Shown: piece by piece, positions 1-14,074 of the stretch
How the letters are laid out: each line of letters opens with the position of its first letter
How positions within the stretch are numbered: the first letter of the stretch is position 1
NCBI RefSeq assembly: GCF_001194135.2
Contig: NC_068985.1
Span: 68,230,194-68,294,193 of the forward strand
Origin: Octopus bimaculoides
Lineage: Eukaryota
Direction: 5' to 3'
DNA: 64,000 nucleotides
Translations under genes and position numbers: made by a program
Notes under the pieces: generated by a model
What the model saw: the letters and a program-made list of their open reading frames with translations, nothing else
The model's database searches: none
What the model was told of the DNA's origin: nothing

Positions 1-29
1 ATCAAAACTCAGCGGCTACGTCAATCAAT

Positions 30-100
30 GTGAGGGATGAGAGGCATTAAGCTGGCCACCAAGCTGAAGATGTACAAAGCAGTTGTACTACCTACGCTGC
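30..100 (+). mobile_element. RTE-clade LINE fragment (post-RT region)
   Basis: Translates to RGIKLATKLKMYKAVVLPTL, matching the RTE/BovB-like 'I.L.TKL.vY.AVVL.TL' segment. Confidence 0.55.
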
Positions 101-934
101 GAAACTTTGACCCGTTCAGGAACATTATACTGTTCAATGCTGAAATCAAGTTAGACACACCATTGATCCAGATTACAAACTCTTCAGAATTTAGTTGGAT
201 AATGGTACAAGATTGTGTTGGACGCTACGTTCCAGGGTCTAAATTAGGTCAAAAAGTTTTATTATTTATTATTTACTCCATATGATTTGAAGGATGTGAT
301 GTGACTCATGTGTGAAAATCTCTGACTATTTAGTATCACCGATATGAATCCGTGTTATCGATTCTTTCGAAACAACTTGTAGTCACAATGATGTACTTCC
401 AAGTGACAAGCAAAGTTGGATTTGCTGGACTTCTTTTCATATATACTGAACTTTAAGCAAGATTATATCGTAATTGCTTAGTCATTTGATTGTTCTGTGA
501 TTTTAAGCGTCGCCTACGACCGCAGAAATTTATTGCCAGCAATAATATATCAGGGCGTTCGATGTTTGCGCTTTCCTCTGTGAGTATGTGGAGAGATATG
601 TTTCATACTGCTCATTCGGCAGATAGAAAATGCATGAAGGATCGTTCGATTAAACAAATTTAATATTGAAAAGAACCAGTATGATTTTAATATATTATCT
701 GAGTGTCTAAATTTGTGAATCTCTTTGTCATGTTGTATGCATGTGCGTAAATATACACAGGCACAATCACACAGACATTTACATACATGCGTATGTGATA
801 TAATTTTAAACGATGGAGAAAAGACAAAGTTGTACAATCGAAAAGTCTTCCTTAATATCAGAGGTAATAGTGATACGAATTAAAAATACCCTTCACAGTC
901 AATCGACTCATGGGCTTCTTAATAATAGGCTTTT

Positions 935-1155
935 GTAAGGCAGCGACCAGGCAAAATCGTTAGCTCGTCGGGCGAAATGCTTAGCGGTATTTCGTCTGCC
1001 GCTGTGTTCTGGGTTCATATTCCGCCGAGGTCGACTTTGCCTTTTATCCTTTCGGGTTCAATGAAATAAGTACTAGTTACGGGCTGGGATCGATGTAATC
1101 GACAAGCACTCTTCCTCCCAAAATTTTCAAGGCTTTGTGCCTCGAGTAGAAATTA
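935..1155 (+). mobile_element. SINE family A copy
   Basis: GTAAGGCAGCGA...GAAATGCTTAGCGGTATTTCGTC...TTCCGCCGAGGTCGACTTTGCC; related copies at 1295-1511(-), 50417-50620(+) and 59329-59515(+). Confidence 0.85.
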
Positions 1156-1294
1156 TAATAGGCTTTTATGCTCAACTTCATCAATACGGAACCTAACATC
1201 CGAAGTGTGTGTGTGTGTATGTGTGTGTGTCTGTGTGTGAGCGCGCATGCCCACGTGCGCGCTCGCTCACAAGGAAAGCTACACAGTTACGTAT

Positions 1295-1511
1295 ATTCTT
1301 TTCTACTCTAGGCACAAGGCCCGAAATTTTGGAGGAAGGGGCCAGTCGATTAGATCCACCCCAGTACACAACTGGCATTTAATTTATCGACACCGAAAGG
1401 ATGAAAGGCAAAGTCGACCTCCGCAGAATTTGAACTCAAAACGTAAAGACACGAAATACCGCTAAGTATTTCGCCCGGCTTGCTAACGTTTCTGCCTGCT
1501 CGCCGCCTTAC
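1295..1511 (-). mobile_element. SINE family A copy, inverted relative to 935-1155
   Basis: Reverse complement aligns along its length with the 935-1155 copy. Confidence 0.85.
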
Positions 1512-2016
1512 GCACGCGCATATATCATACACATAACGACTCATACATGAACTCATATAGAGTAATATAAAAAGGACCATAATCACATAATTACACTACA
1601 TTGCATTCACCTATACGGATATTAACGACACAGAGACGTATTATCATGAATACAGATGCAATATTTCAAAACCTATCATATTTAATAGGTTCCGTAGCAA
1701 AACATCAAAAAGTCAGACATACACACAGATAAACACGCGCGCGCAAATACAAAAATAGAAATGCTATAACAAAACCATGTACTTTGTACCGATAAATTAC
1801 CTAGATACAACAACTCGGTAATCAGACCCCAGTCGTTCTAATACAGTATACGTGGGGGCGCATGCACAAGATATAAATGATATTACACTCCCACACATGT
1901 CGACATTTAGATACACCACATTAACGACATGACATGTACACATGTTTCTTCGACAGTGGCGCAATAGCCCGATTGCGCAAATACACACACACTCACACAC
2001 ATGTATGGACATGTGT

Positions 2017-2139
<123 letters not shown>

Positions 2140-3066
2140 CGTATGTACGTATACACTCGTTTACACACTCCGACAAGAGACCAAAAAAGAATGAAATGTC
2201 CTAAAGAAGGAAGGCATAAAATACAAAGAAAAGATTGTTCCGATCATACAATTAGAATAATCGAGAGGAATATGGAGTAAGTGAGAGAAACAAAACAGAG
2301 AAAGAGAGGGGGAGGGAGGGAGAGAGAGGAAGGACATAGATAAAGTGACCGAATGAAGGACATTAATAATTGTAATAATACCAACTACAACGCAAAAAGC
2401 TTCTATTAGATGCTGAGACGCGGGTGGAGGTAGCAAAGATATTTGATTGGCTACGCGAGAAGATGAAAGGAAATAAAAAGAGTGAGAGCCGACGATTAGA
2501 TCAGAGGATTTGTTAAGAAATTATGACAAACGAAGAGAAACATTTTGATGTACTAAGTGTTGAGGTGTCGGATGGGATATTGGACAGAAAACACATCGAG
2601 AGTGTGTGTACGTAGTGGCATTCATAGAAAACAAAAACTATAAAAGAATATTAAATCTCATGAAACAATTATTATGAGATTGTCCTCGGATATGAATATT
2701 CTCACATATATATGTATATATATATATATATATATNNNNNNNNNNNNNNNNNNNNNNNNNNNNNNNNNNNNNNNNNNNNNNNNNNNNNNNNNNNNNNNNN
2801 NNNNNNNNNNNNNNNNNNNNNNNNNNNNNNNNNNNNNNNNNNNNNNNNNNNNNNNNNNNNNNNNNNNNNNNNNNNNNNNNNNNNNNNNNNNNNNNNNNNN
2901 NNNNNNNNNNNNNNNNNNNNNNNNNNNNNNNNNNNNNNNNNNNNNNNNNNNNNNNNNNNNNNNNNNNNNNNNNNNNNNNNNNNNNNNNNNNNNNNNNNNN
3001 NNNNNNNNNNNNNNNNNNNNNNNNNNNNNNNNNNNNNNNNNNNGTATAGTCATATGTATATGTGTG

Positions 3067-3110
<44 letters not shown>

Positions 3111-3576
3111 CATATATATATACATATACATACACACATGAATATATGTACGTATGTGTCTGTGTGTGCTCCTGTGTGTATGTGTGTGTATGCATATAAA
3201 CACATCATACATAAATACTAGTCTATTAGCGTACATGCATACGTAAAAGTTGGAGTAGCACTAAAATAAGTGAACACGAGAGATCAAATAAATTGCAGCC
3301 ATACAATTATTTCCCTTGTAATTTTTTTTCATGCGTTCCTCAAAGAGAAGGCTCTCTTTGGTAATGTTTTACATTAATTGAACTGAAGAGGGGTAATGTT
3401 GTGTTATTCGATAATAGGGCTTATGTTAATTAATATGTGAGTAGTTAACGGACCGCAATCATTAGCCTCTTCTCTGAAGTGAACTTAGTATCACATCATA
3501 TTATAGGTCGTAAATTGTACAGCACTCACAGAATTACATATATCTATGTATACATGCGTGTATCTTATGCCTTTTA

Positions 3577-3790
3577 CTTGTTTCAGTCATTAGATTGCGG
3601 CCATACTGGGGTACCGCCTTGGAGAATAATTTGTCAAATGTATCGACCAGAGTACTTTTTTTTAAGCCTAGTTTTCAGTTTATCGTTAACTTTTGTCAAA
3701 CCGTTAAGTTTTGGAGACGTAATCGCAGAAACACCAGTTGTTATGCAGTGGTGGGGGACAAGCAAAGACACAGACACACACTTGTGCACA
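3577..3790. mobile_element. SINE-like family B copy
   Basis: TGTTTCAGTCATTAGATTGCGGCCATACTGG...; related copies at about 11860-11990, 16010-16140 and 51420-51465. Confidence 0.7.
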
Positions 3791-3796
3791 CGCAAA

Positions 3797-3838
<42 letters not shown>

Positions 3839-3870
3839 ATCATACACACAAATATGAATGAATACATTGT

Positions 3871-4010
3871 GTTTTTTTCAGTTTCTGTCTACCAAATCTA
3901 GTAACAAGGCTTTGGCCGACCGAGGCTATAGCAGACGATATCTGCCCAAGATGACGCGCTGTGGGACTGAACCCAGAGGCATGCGGTTGAGAAACAAACT
4001 TCCTCTGAGA
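3871..4010 (-). mobile_element. tRNA-derived SINE family C copy
   Basis: Reverse complement matches the copy at 44225-44392 (GGCTGTGTGGTAAG...CTATAGCCTCGGGCCGACCAAAAGCC); another copy at about 16190-16345(-). Confidence 0.75.
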
Positions 4011-5099
4011 AACGAGTTGGTATCCAAAAATGATAGAAAGTTCCATCGTTGCAATGTAGGTAGAAAACAATGTCACATTTTAAACTTGAGAAAATTCTCG
4101 CATACCTTTACTGCTCCACTTACAAATTAACATTTAGGGCTAATGGAGTAAGTATTCCATTAAATTATTATCAACTTGGTATAAATATACTTCATATTTG
4201 GTAAATAAATTTTGAGTGTTACAAGGTTTAGATAACGATGGTTAGGTTATTGTCACGTACCTACAGGTAAAACTGTTTACTAATTACTAGTAAGAAGTTT
4301 ACCAATTACCAGTAAGATGACTGGTAATTAGTAAACTCTTGATACTACATTTTCCCTATATATCAAGTCCAACGAACATTCACGTAGGCATTCTTATCTT
4401 TTCTTCCTGAAGCTTTGAAAATTATTCACTTTGGATGTAAAAATACCGGTGCATTCTCTCATCCAACAATGACGGCATATTGGACACCCAGCAAAACTAC
4501 AATTTTTTCAGAGTTCAACACGTTTATACGATCTTCAGAGTAAAATTGTTGAAAAATATGTATATAATCATGTATCAGCTGTCACCATGTGAGTACTTGT
4601 AACCATGATCATGCTAGGGATGCTCGTATTTATACTTACGAAGACCCACATAGGTATAGATTCATTCATATATAAATGCATACACACATACACAGAGGCA
4701 CGCACATACACACACTCTCTCTCACCCACCCACCCATACAGACTCTCTCGCTTTCACAAACGCACACACACACATATATATATATGTATATATGTATATA
4801 TATTTAAATATGCACGCACGCCTGTGTGGTGTCCATATGTGGAATATATGCATACCACAATCCCAAACTTGTCGCTGGTTCGCATTCTTTTGGTGGTAGC
4901 AAAGTGCTTTTATTTTCATTGGAATTGCACTCTACTATTGCATCTAGTAGAGCCTAAAGAAATTCCACGTTTTATGAATTTCCTTAAGTTTATTTGGATG
5001 CTTAAATTTTATATCGTTATAATTTTCATAACATTGTTTCACTAAGTTAATTTCTTTCTGATTGTAAGCTCTAAAACGGATGTAGACTAGGAAATGTTT

Positions 5100-8050
5100 T
5101 TGTTAATTCTGATGATATATCATAGGAAATCTACACCGCTTTCTTGTTCCCACATTTCCCAAATCAAATTTTCTCTGTGGTGCTTTCTCATTGCGCTTGA
5201 TTCCTTTTTCTAAGGTCTTCTTGTTATTTCATGCATGGTCATCGTGCGTGTTATCTCACCGCGTTTCTTTTCTCCTTGTGTTTTTGTGCATAATCAGTTT
5301 GTTTACTCTGTCCGTATTGTCTCTTCATAAATATTGGCTTTTACTTGAATATCATATTGAAACTGTGCCTTAGTGCTCAATGTCGGATCCACTGATTCGT
5401 TCGTTCTGCTTACTCTGATTTCCCATACCCATTATTTTCTCTTAGTTTGCCTGCATCCTCTTATTTTCCATTTGTTTGCAAGTCCTCTATTTCATTTCAC
5501 TGCAAATTGTGTAAATCTGAAGCTGATATATTTTCCGTGGCAATGGTTGATCTTATTGAGTAAAATGTCTAATTCTGTAATACGCAGTAGTAATCTGATC
5601 TTTTGTTGAAGATGTTGTCGCTCGCTTTATTTGTAGAATCCTACACAGGAAAAATATTAATTTTCCACCTGTCTTGTCACTTCATTTCCGTACACACTTG
5701 TTGAGGTCAGGACGTTTGGTGGTGAAATTTATTTCGTATTTTCGATTGTTCATGTTTGTTACGGTGGTCTGTAATTTAAAAATCCCTTGCACATCGTTAT
5801 ATTCAACACTATTTCTCGTATTATTATTATTATTATTATTAATTCTTTTAACCTCACTTTGCTGCATTACCCAAAACCTCCATGTTCTTCAGGCGCCTTT
5901 GGTCTCGTGGGCAATTGGAGAATTTGTTTCTTGTCTTTGCTGCCTTTCACACATTTGCACAGGCAACGTTTCACTATTTCATAAACGTTACAAACCTGGG
6001 CAGTTAACTATCCAAAGTCTTTCCCGTCTATCTGTCGTTCAAATTAAATTTCCCCATAAACAACCTCCTGTCGGTGCTGGTTACTTTAACCTCACTTTCA
6101 TGCAATGATTTAAAAAAGAATTTATTATCTGGGTAAATATTACATGTCCCTACTGATTCATGTTGTGATCTGGTGTAAATACAGATATTCAAAGAGTTTT
6201 CCTATTAATGTGTGGGGTGATTACTGTGTCCCTATAAAAATGTTTTGTCATAAAAGCTTAAAAAATTTTTTGGCCGCCTCGTGTATCCTCAGCTTTCTCC
6301 TATTTTAAGGTCTGTAGAGAAGAACGTATAACATTTTCGCTCGAGATGTGCAGCATCAAGTACAGTGTCCACCTTGCTACATTTGCATTACATGACTTTT
6401 GAGAAGATAGGTAATTCTAATGGACATCGTTACTTTTAGTGGTCTGTACGTTTAGAAATCCGTAACAATCCGAGCCACTTTCAAGTATAGATGGAATACA
6501 GTGCAAATTGCATGCGCCAGAACTTTAGCTTCCCTTCATGCAATGTTTGTCGATGCTTCAAGGAAAATCATTTGCTTTTTTCCAGATACTGGTTTGTTCT
6601 TTGTAAGGAGAAGTTCCATAGCATCGTGTATCTAGGATCTTCGCAAGTTTTTCCACTTATGTAAGCATGACCAGTTTTGAATTCCTATCTTTCATTTCTT
6701 TCTAATTTGACGTGTTTATACTTTTCGACAGCCTTTACTTAAAATATGACTTTCCAATTTATCAGCTTCTCCTGTCTGTATAGGCATTCTCCCTCACACC
6801 ACGTGGTACTTGCTCTTTCCCAACATTATTATATCATCTATAAAATCATCTGTTTTTGGATCATGGATCTTCATTGAGTGACCGTGAAGCCATGTACTTA
6901 TTAAGATGATTTTAAATCCAAATATAAATCAAATGTTAGAGATTTTGACCCTATTGCGATTCATAACTCCAAACTATGTCCAGAACAACTCGATGCATAA
7001 CTGCGAGATCATTTTCCCCACTTTTATAAAGTCTGTATGGCCATAGATGTATGTTCTATGAAATCTAATGCACATAGGAATTCTACTTTGTACTCCTGTA
7101 ATCTGTCTGAATTAACCAAGAGTTGATGAATTGTCATCTTTGAGGAGATGGTGCCTTCAGCTACTTTCCTGTTATTCAAAATAATCTCGCTCACGCTTTT
7201 CAGACAATCAGGAATAGTTTGTTCATTAGATGGGAAAGATTCTTGTAGAATATTTACAACTCCTTATCACTATATGGTAATGCCTTTTGATAAAGTACTG
7301 CATTTCTTTCATTCAAACTTCTTTATTGTCAAATATTAATTAGGGTGCTGTTGAGTTTGGTGTTCCGCCTTGGTGTTTAGTACTGTCTCGAAAAATATCA
7401 TTATATTTAACATATCATATTTTTCAAATCTGTTTGAACAGTTCGTCATTGACATATGTTAATTTGACTATTCTGCTCTCAATCTATTTAGTTGCATATC
7501 CATTTGTTTCGCGAACATCTGCGGAACTGAAGTTTTTTCCCTCCATATCTCAGTTCGAACCAGCCTCCAGAGACACTCCTTAACATCACCATGCAGAAAT
7601 TTCAAAGGTTACTTTTCTAGCCTCAGACTCCTACTCTGATAAGACTTCTCATTCGAACCTTTCCTGAACAGGGACTCATCCTACTATTAATTTTACAGAG
7701 TTCATCTTGCGACCTCTACATAGTATGACAAACATCTCTTCATGTCTATAATAAAAGAAATCGCCGGTTACCTGGAACTCTTGTTCTACCAACAATCCAT
7801 CATTATTTAAACTCCATCTCCAGTTTTCATTCGCTTTACGTTTTACATTATATACTTCTTACTATCCAGCACTGACTTAATCTTCAATAGAGTGTTGTAC
7901 ATACTTTTGTATTTGACCTCCCAGTTACTCTCAATACTTATTTTCTGACGAACAAATGCGATTCTGCATACTGACAGACACGAGGTCTCTGATTTGTGTA
8001 CCATTTCATTGATGTTGCTATTGTACAAGAGAAAAATTATCATTTATTTA
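5100..8050 (-). mobile_element. Degenerate Ty3/Gypsy LTR-retrotransposon pol (RT-RNaseH-integrase)
   Basis: Minus-strand translation, broken by stops and frameshifts, gives FIDDIIMLGKS (RT YxDD), EAKVLAHAICTVFHLYL and KRTDH (RNase H), then integrase-like QTNGK, in Gypsy domain order. No LTRs identified. Confidence 0.7.
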
Positions 8051-8949
8051 GGAATAACACCAAAGAATATTTTCCCATATATCTGCTAATATATAAGGCA
8101 TTTTGAAATCATGAAATATTCCTTATCGTGTGAATAAAGATTACACTGACGCTTATCACTTGCTAATTTGTTTATGTATGAGGAAGTTTGGCAATGATAT
8201 TTCAGTGAAATGTTATGTTAATATAATTGATGAAATTTGTATAAAAAATATTTCATTTGACATTAATCGTCTGAGCAAATATTAGAAACACACTAACATA
8301 TTCACGTTTTGAGATTACTTATAGGACTTATAAAAATACCAACTAAACCTCCGTCAAGTCATCCAGTGTGGCACATCGTAATGAGGAGAAACCATACCTG
8401 ACTGCAATAGTGATAATAGATATGTCATCTAGATGGTTGTAGATATTGCACTATTTATAGTTAATAAGTTTGCAGAATAAGAAAAAAGATAATTTGAAAT
8501 TAAAAGTTTTCCATAAAATAGTATTAAAAGATTATTTATCAAGTTTTTGCTGTCTAAATTTGAACAATTTACCTAAATAAAAAAGAAACGTCTAATATAA
8601 CAACTATTTCCCTGAAAACAGCGGTAAAGTTAATAAATTTGTAATTCTTTCAAAGACATTTCGTATTGAAACTGAATATATCTTTTATTAAAGGAATCAA
8701 TTCTTATAGAAAACAATTCTAATCTAAAAACTCACCAACTTGCCGTCAGCGTACCAACGGTATCCAACTGGTATTAAGCAACTTGAGGCATGTCTAAAAA
8801 ACGCAACCAACAAACGATCCTAATTTTTTCCAGTTAATATCGATTAATGATAATGACTTTTGTTAATCACTTACGGAAACAATCTATGTAACACTACTGC
8901 AAGCACAACTAGAGACTCTTCGTAAAATCATTTCCGTTGCAGTATTTTC

Positions 8950-9480
8950 GGCTTCGTTGTTTCAATCAAGATCAACGCAAGCATCCTACGAAACTGCCCC
9001 TAGGTACATTTCCATTACTCAACCACAGCAACTAATGTACTTTAATTTTCTCAAGTAGATATTTGGCAACGTGAAGCTTTTGTTCAATCAATTTGCTCCA
9101 CTTCTTTCGATTTGTTTCATTATAACCACACCCGCAGTTATGATTTTTCTTGCCGTACAAAGTATAATGAAAATTCAAATCTACAGCTTGTTAGAAGCAA
9201 AGAAAATATACTTTCAACGGAAGGGTTGTGTAATTAGGAAAACGTTCAAGAATGCTTTGAGAAACATGAAGTTGCTGAATGTCATCAGGATTCTATTGAA
9301 GTGGAAAAGATTCCTAAATGTAATAATGTTGGAGCATGGTTGTATGAAACTGCAAGCAAAAGCATAAATACAAAACGAAAATACATAATACAAGATACTG
9401 AAGGCTTGCACTTCCTTTTCTGACCAGAAATATCCATGAAATGGATATGCTAGATGGCGAAGAATCCTCTAGCTTATATA
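8950..9480 (+). mobile_element. hAT transposase N-terminal (TTF-type zinc finger) remnant
   Basis: GLCN*ENVQECFEKHEVAECHQDS resembles the 'GF.NWK....F.KHE.S.CH' motif of ZMYM1-like hAT transposases. Confidence 0.5.
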
Positions 9481-10044
9481 ATCTATTACTAATACGGAGA
9501 TTAGTGATTCCAATCTTGCAGAATGGTTCATTAAAGCTAGTACAAAAAATACATGGTCAGAACATATAAACGTATATATTGGTTTATCTATTATTATGAG
9601 ACGTGAAATAGACAAACCATTTTCTATAAGCGCAGGTGAATATAATTACGTATGCACTAAATGTAAATCCAACAATTTCGCTATATATTCAATGGATCGA
9701 AATACTATTGGTACCTGACAACGAATTCCTGTATGTTTATTGCGTCTCAACAATGTTTTCATTTACCACAGACTCGTTCATAAAGTCGGAAATACATTTA
9801 TTCAAAAGAAGATAGGTATAATCTGAAGTAACGAATGATTTGCGTGGGGAAGTCAAACGAGGACTTTAATAACAATTAATTAAGCTGCGCATGAAAGAAG
9901 TAGAGACGGCCATATGTGATGGGTAACAGCTACAATTTTCTTTTTTAATTATGTATTCAGGAAGACGGAGATCTTCCATGCCAATTTTGGAAAAAAAAGC
10001 ATACACAAACAAATATATTTTCAAAACTTTATAGATATAAATAG

Positions 10045-10770
10045 ATAAATGGAGACGTGTAGATTTGTGCTGCATCCAAGAAGTAAGAGGGAGAGGAAGT
10101 TCTGTTAGGTTCCTCTCGGGCGAAAAAATATAGGTATAAACTTTTCTGGTTAGGGAACACTGATGGGGTTGGGGCGTGGATGTACTCCTTGCGGAGAAAT
10201 GGGGTGATAAGGTAATCGAGGTAGTCAGAGTGTGTGATAGTATAATTTACCCTAGACTAGAGCTGCAACATCGATTAGCAACCATTATTTCGGCCTATGC
10301 CCCCTCAGCTAGGACTACCTGCTGAATAGAAAGACCGATTTTATGACACCCTGTTGCAGACTACCTCTTCGGCGAATGACAGAGACCTTCACCTTGTGGA
10401 TAGCGACTTCAACGAGCATGCTGGACAACATCCAGGGAGCTACTATGGTGTATATGGTGGCAAAAGATGTGGTTCCCGCAATGAGAGGGAAACGAGACCG
10501 CTGAAGTTCTGTGATGCAAATGATCTTATGATATATAATACTAATTTCAGGAATCCTGCCAGTCACCTGTTCACCTGCCAGTCTGGTGGGCACACTAGTC
10601 AGATTGACTACATTCTCGCCAGGAAACGGGAAAGAAGGCCAAAACATTACCAGGAGAAGAGTGTATCCCACAACATAGGTTAGTAGTTAGCGACTTCAGA
10701 ATCAGGACTAAATGGCTGCCCAGAAGACGACCAGCATGGGAAAGAAGGATCTGGAAACTTAAGGATACAT
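10045..10770 (+). mobile_element. RTE LINE apurinic-like endonuclease remnant
   Basis: RRVDLCCIQEVR, IISAYAP, SDFNEHAG, CDANDLMIYNTNF and SQIDYIL motifs, with frameshifts. Confidence 0.85.
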
Positions 10771-11249
10771 GATTAATATCATATCTAGCTAGCAGCAATG
10801 GGCTATTCAAACTGAGTGTCTACTGCACAGTCTAAAGTACATGAGTTCTTCTGGAAACTATCTAACAAATTAACTATTGCTGCTAGCCAGATATGATACT
10901 AATCATGTATCACCAAATATTACAGATTATGGTCGCAAGCAAATTACATAATTCATTTTACATTTGCTTGTGGAAGATTCATGTTTTAGAAACACTATAC
11001 ATTTAAATCTGTAAATTCGATACATAGATGTTCGCAAATGATTTTAAGATCTTCATTGCACGCATCGTCTTATTTTATCATCCCCCTATCTCATAAAACA
11101 GTTCGCAAGACACTGACACAGACGCACATGCACAAACACACATTTCATATATCGCAATACAAGCCATACATAGAGCAAACATTTTCAGATAGAGAACTCT
11201 GAATGCTGAATAGAGTGAATTTTTGGACAGCGGTCCAAAAATGTCATCA

Positions 11250-11560
11250 AGGTACTACCTCCCTAAGCAGCACGACACGACGTTGTCGCAAAAGCAAAAT
11301 ACAATGCCGTTCGAAAAAGAAAACTGTCCTAGAATAAATGGTGAGAATCTCCGTGTTACTGAACTTGTACAATAGTCATCGACACAAAGAATATTGCTGG
11401 AACATTTGCATCAAGACCGCTGTCAAGTGTAAACATAACAGACCGGATATTGTTGCTTAGGGTAGACAAGAAAATGTATGTGCCATCATAGGGGTTAGCT
11501 GTCCTGTTGAAGTGAATATTTCTTTGAAAAATGAAACTTCCATCTTCTGTATCCAGATTA
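11250..11560 (+). mobile_element. C-terminal restriction-like endonuclease remnant of an RLE-clade non-LTR element (R2/R4-like)
   Basis: An RH..V-like segment followed by HNRPDIVA*GRQENVCAIIGVSCP, the PD-(D/E)xK region typical of RLE LINEs. Confidence 0.6.
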
Positions 11561-12639
11561 TAAATTCTCATTTATAACAATAAAAATTTGTTCACTTGGT
11601 TTTGTGAGTAAATACCTAAGTGAAAATCTGGTTAAGCTAGAGAGTGTAGTTAACGAAATTAAGTAACTCGCACATTACAAATACACCCTCTAACTGAAAC
11701 AGTAAAAATATGGAAGACTTTTCTCAAATTTAAAACGTGACATTGTTTTTCCTATTTGCATTGCGATGCCTCATTGTTAGAAACCGACTCCTTCCTCCGA
11801 AGAATTTAAATAATTGAAAAACAGAAGAGTACATATATACATAAGTTTTATCTATTATCTTTGACTTGTTTCAATCGTTATACTGCGGTCATGCTGGGCT
11901 CCGCCCTAACAAATTTTAGTCGAACGAAACCAACTTAGATTTTATTTCCTTTTCCATTATCTCTTTTGCCGAAACGCTAAGTTACGGATGTTATTTGTCC
12001 GTATATATGTATGCATGCATTTAACAGTTGTGTATACTGTCGACTTTGCCTTTCAGCATTTCGGGGTCGATTAAATAAGTACCAGTTACATACTAAGTTA
12101 CGGAGGTTATTTGTCTGTATGTATGTATGCATGTATGTATGTATGTATGTATGTATGCATGTATGTATGCATGTATGTATGTATGTATGTATGCATGTAT
12201 GTATGTATGTAGGTAGGTATGTAGGTAGGTAGGTAGGTAGGTAGGTAGGTAGGTAGGTAGGTATGTATGTATATCATTATTCAGTTTATTTTAAGATTTC
12301 TAGCCAATAGAAAAAGAACGGTTTCTAACCTTGATCCGAGGTTCCTTCATTAGAATTTTAACATCAAGAACAGGGTATTTTTGTATGTATGTATGTATGT
12401 ATGTATGTATGTATATATGTACATGTGCAGATTTGTATGTTTTATGTATGTATGTTCATGTATAGTTGCTTTTCTAGACATGCTCATATATATTTAAATG
12501 ATAAACTTCTGGAAAGTTCCAGTGATGGATTGGATCTGAATTCTTCGAATTAGCTTTCTCGTTTCTAGTATTGAGAAAACTAATGTATGTATGTATGTAT
12601 GTATGTATGCATGCATGCATGAGCCCCAACTCTCTTTTC

Positions 12640-13600
12640 TTTGTACTTTGCTGCTGCTTTTACTCATGCATTTGCTAAGGTTAGCTCACTAGGTATATAT
12701 GCCAGGTATCGATTTTCTGGCCGCCTCTTTAACCTGTGCCGATTTGCTGCCAATTCAAAGATTTTCCAGTCTCTTATTTGTGACCTCCTTTATGCAGGTG
12801 ACTGTTACTTAGTAACTCATACAGTGGATGATATGCAAATACTTATCAATCGTATTTCTTCTTCTTGTAGGGCATTTGGACTCAGCATTAACCTGGACAA
12901 GACTGTTGTAATGTTCCAGCCTGCACTAGGAAATCCATATGCGGAACCAGCTATTTTGGTTGAAGCAACAATTCTGAAAGTGGTAGACAAGTTTGTCTAC
13001 CTGGGCAGCACACTCAACTGTTCTTGCTCCCTTGGACGATGAAATATCTTTCAGGCTGCAAAGAGCGACTGATTCCTTCCAGTTTCTTCAGTCTCGGGTC
13101 TGGACCAAGCATCGCATCACAAAGCAAACAAAAATTGCTGTGTACCGTGCATGTGCACTGACATCTCACCTTTACTCAGGTGAGGCACGGATCCTTTACA
13201 AGCGTCATGTAAGGGTCCTTGTATGGTTCCATCAGAGAAGTCTGAGACACATTCTGAATGTTTGCTGGACCTTAGAAACTTCAGACACAGATGTCCGGAG
13301 GACAGCTGATATCTTGAGTATTGAGGCGATCGTGCACAAGCACCGGTTACGTTGGACTGAACCCCTTATTAGAATGAAGGATAGTAGGGAACTAGTTAGT
13401 GTAAAGAGACCCCGGTAGAAACCAAGGCTGCGATTTAAGGACTATGTCAAGTCCTCATTTAAGGTCTGTGATATACAGGAGACTGAATGATAGAGCAAAG
13501 CCTGTCATAGCCACAAATGGAGGAAGCAGGTTAAGGAGAGGGTTGACACCTTTGAAGAAACACGTATTCTGCATGAAGATTTAAAGTTTGCAGTATTTGC
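12640..13600 (+). mobile_element. RTE (BovB-like) LINE RT 3' half
   Basis: GIYARYRFSGRLFNL, DLLYAGDC (YADD), FGLSINLDKT, DKFVYLGSTL, TKIAVYRAC and RLRW motifs; frameshifted. Confidence 0.92.
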
Positions 13601-14042
13601 AGTCGTGAAAGCTTTTCCGTTAAGCATCTTCGACTTTCAGTAGTATCTTGAACTTCGGTAGTCTGAGCCTGGTACGCTGACAATAAGGCTTCCTTTCATA
13701 GGTTGGATTAAGGGTGAGGGGAACAGAAAGAGAGAAAAAAAAATGAAAAGAAACAAGAGGAAAGGAAGGAAAGAGAACAATAGAACAAAGAACGTAGAGA
13801 AAAATGAGGAAAAGTGTGGAATAGATGGGTAAACTGGAAAATAATGTAGAGTGAGCAAGTGTGAGCTCATTAAAAGAGATCAGTCGAAAAAAGCATAAGA
13901 AAGTACAACAAATAAGATAAAATATCTTATTAAAAAAAATATAGAAGAATGGTAGACAGCAAGATGGGATGGTCACTCACACATACACACACAGATACAT
14001 ACATACACACATACATACAGACACATACATACACACACAGAC

Positions 14043-14074
<32 letters not shown>

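Noticed and set aside
4413-4588. 176-bp coding exon with good splice sites
   Set aside because: All three frames contain stops. A shorter version (4512-4588) is open but has no partner exon, so it is not reported.
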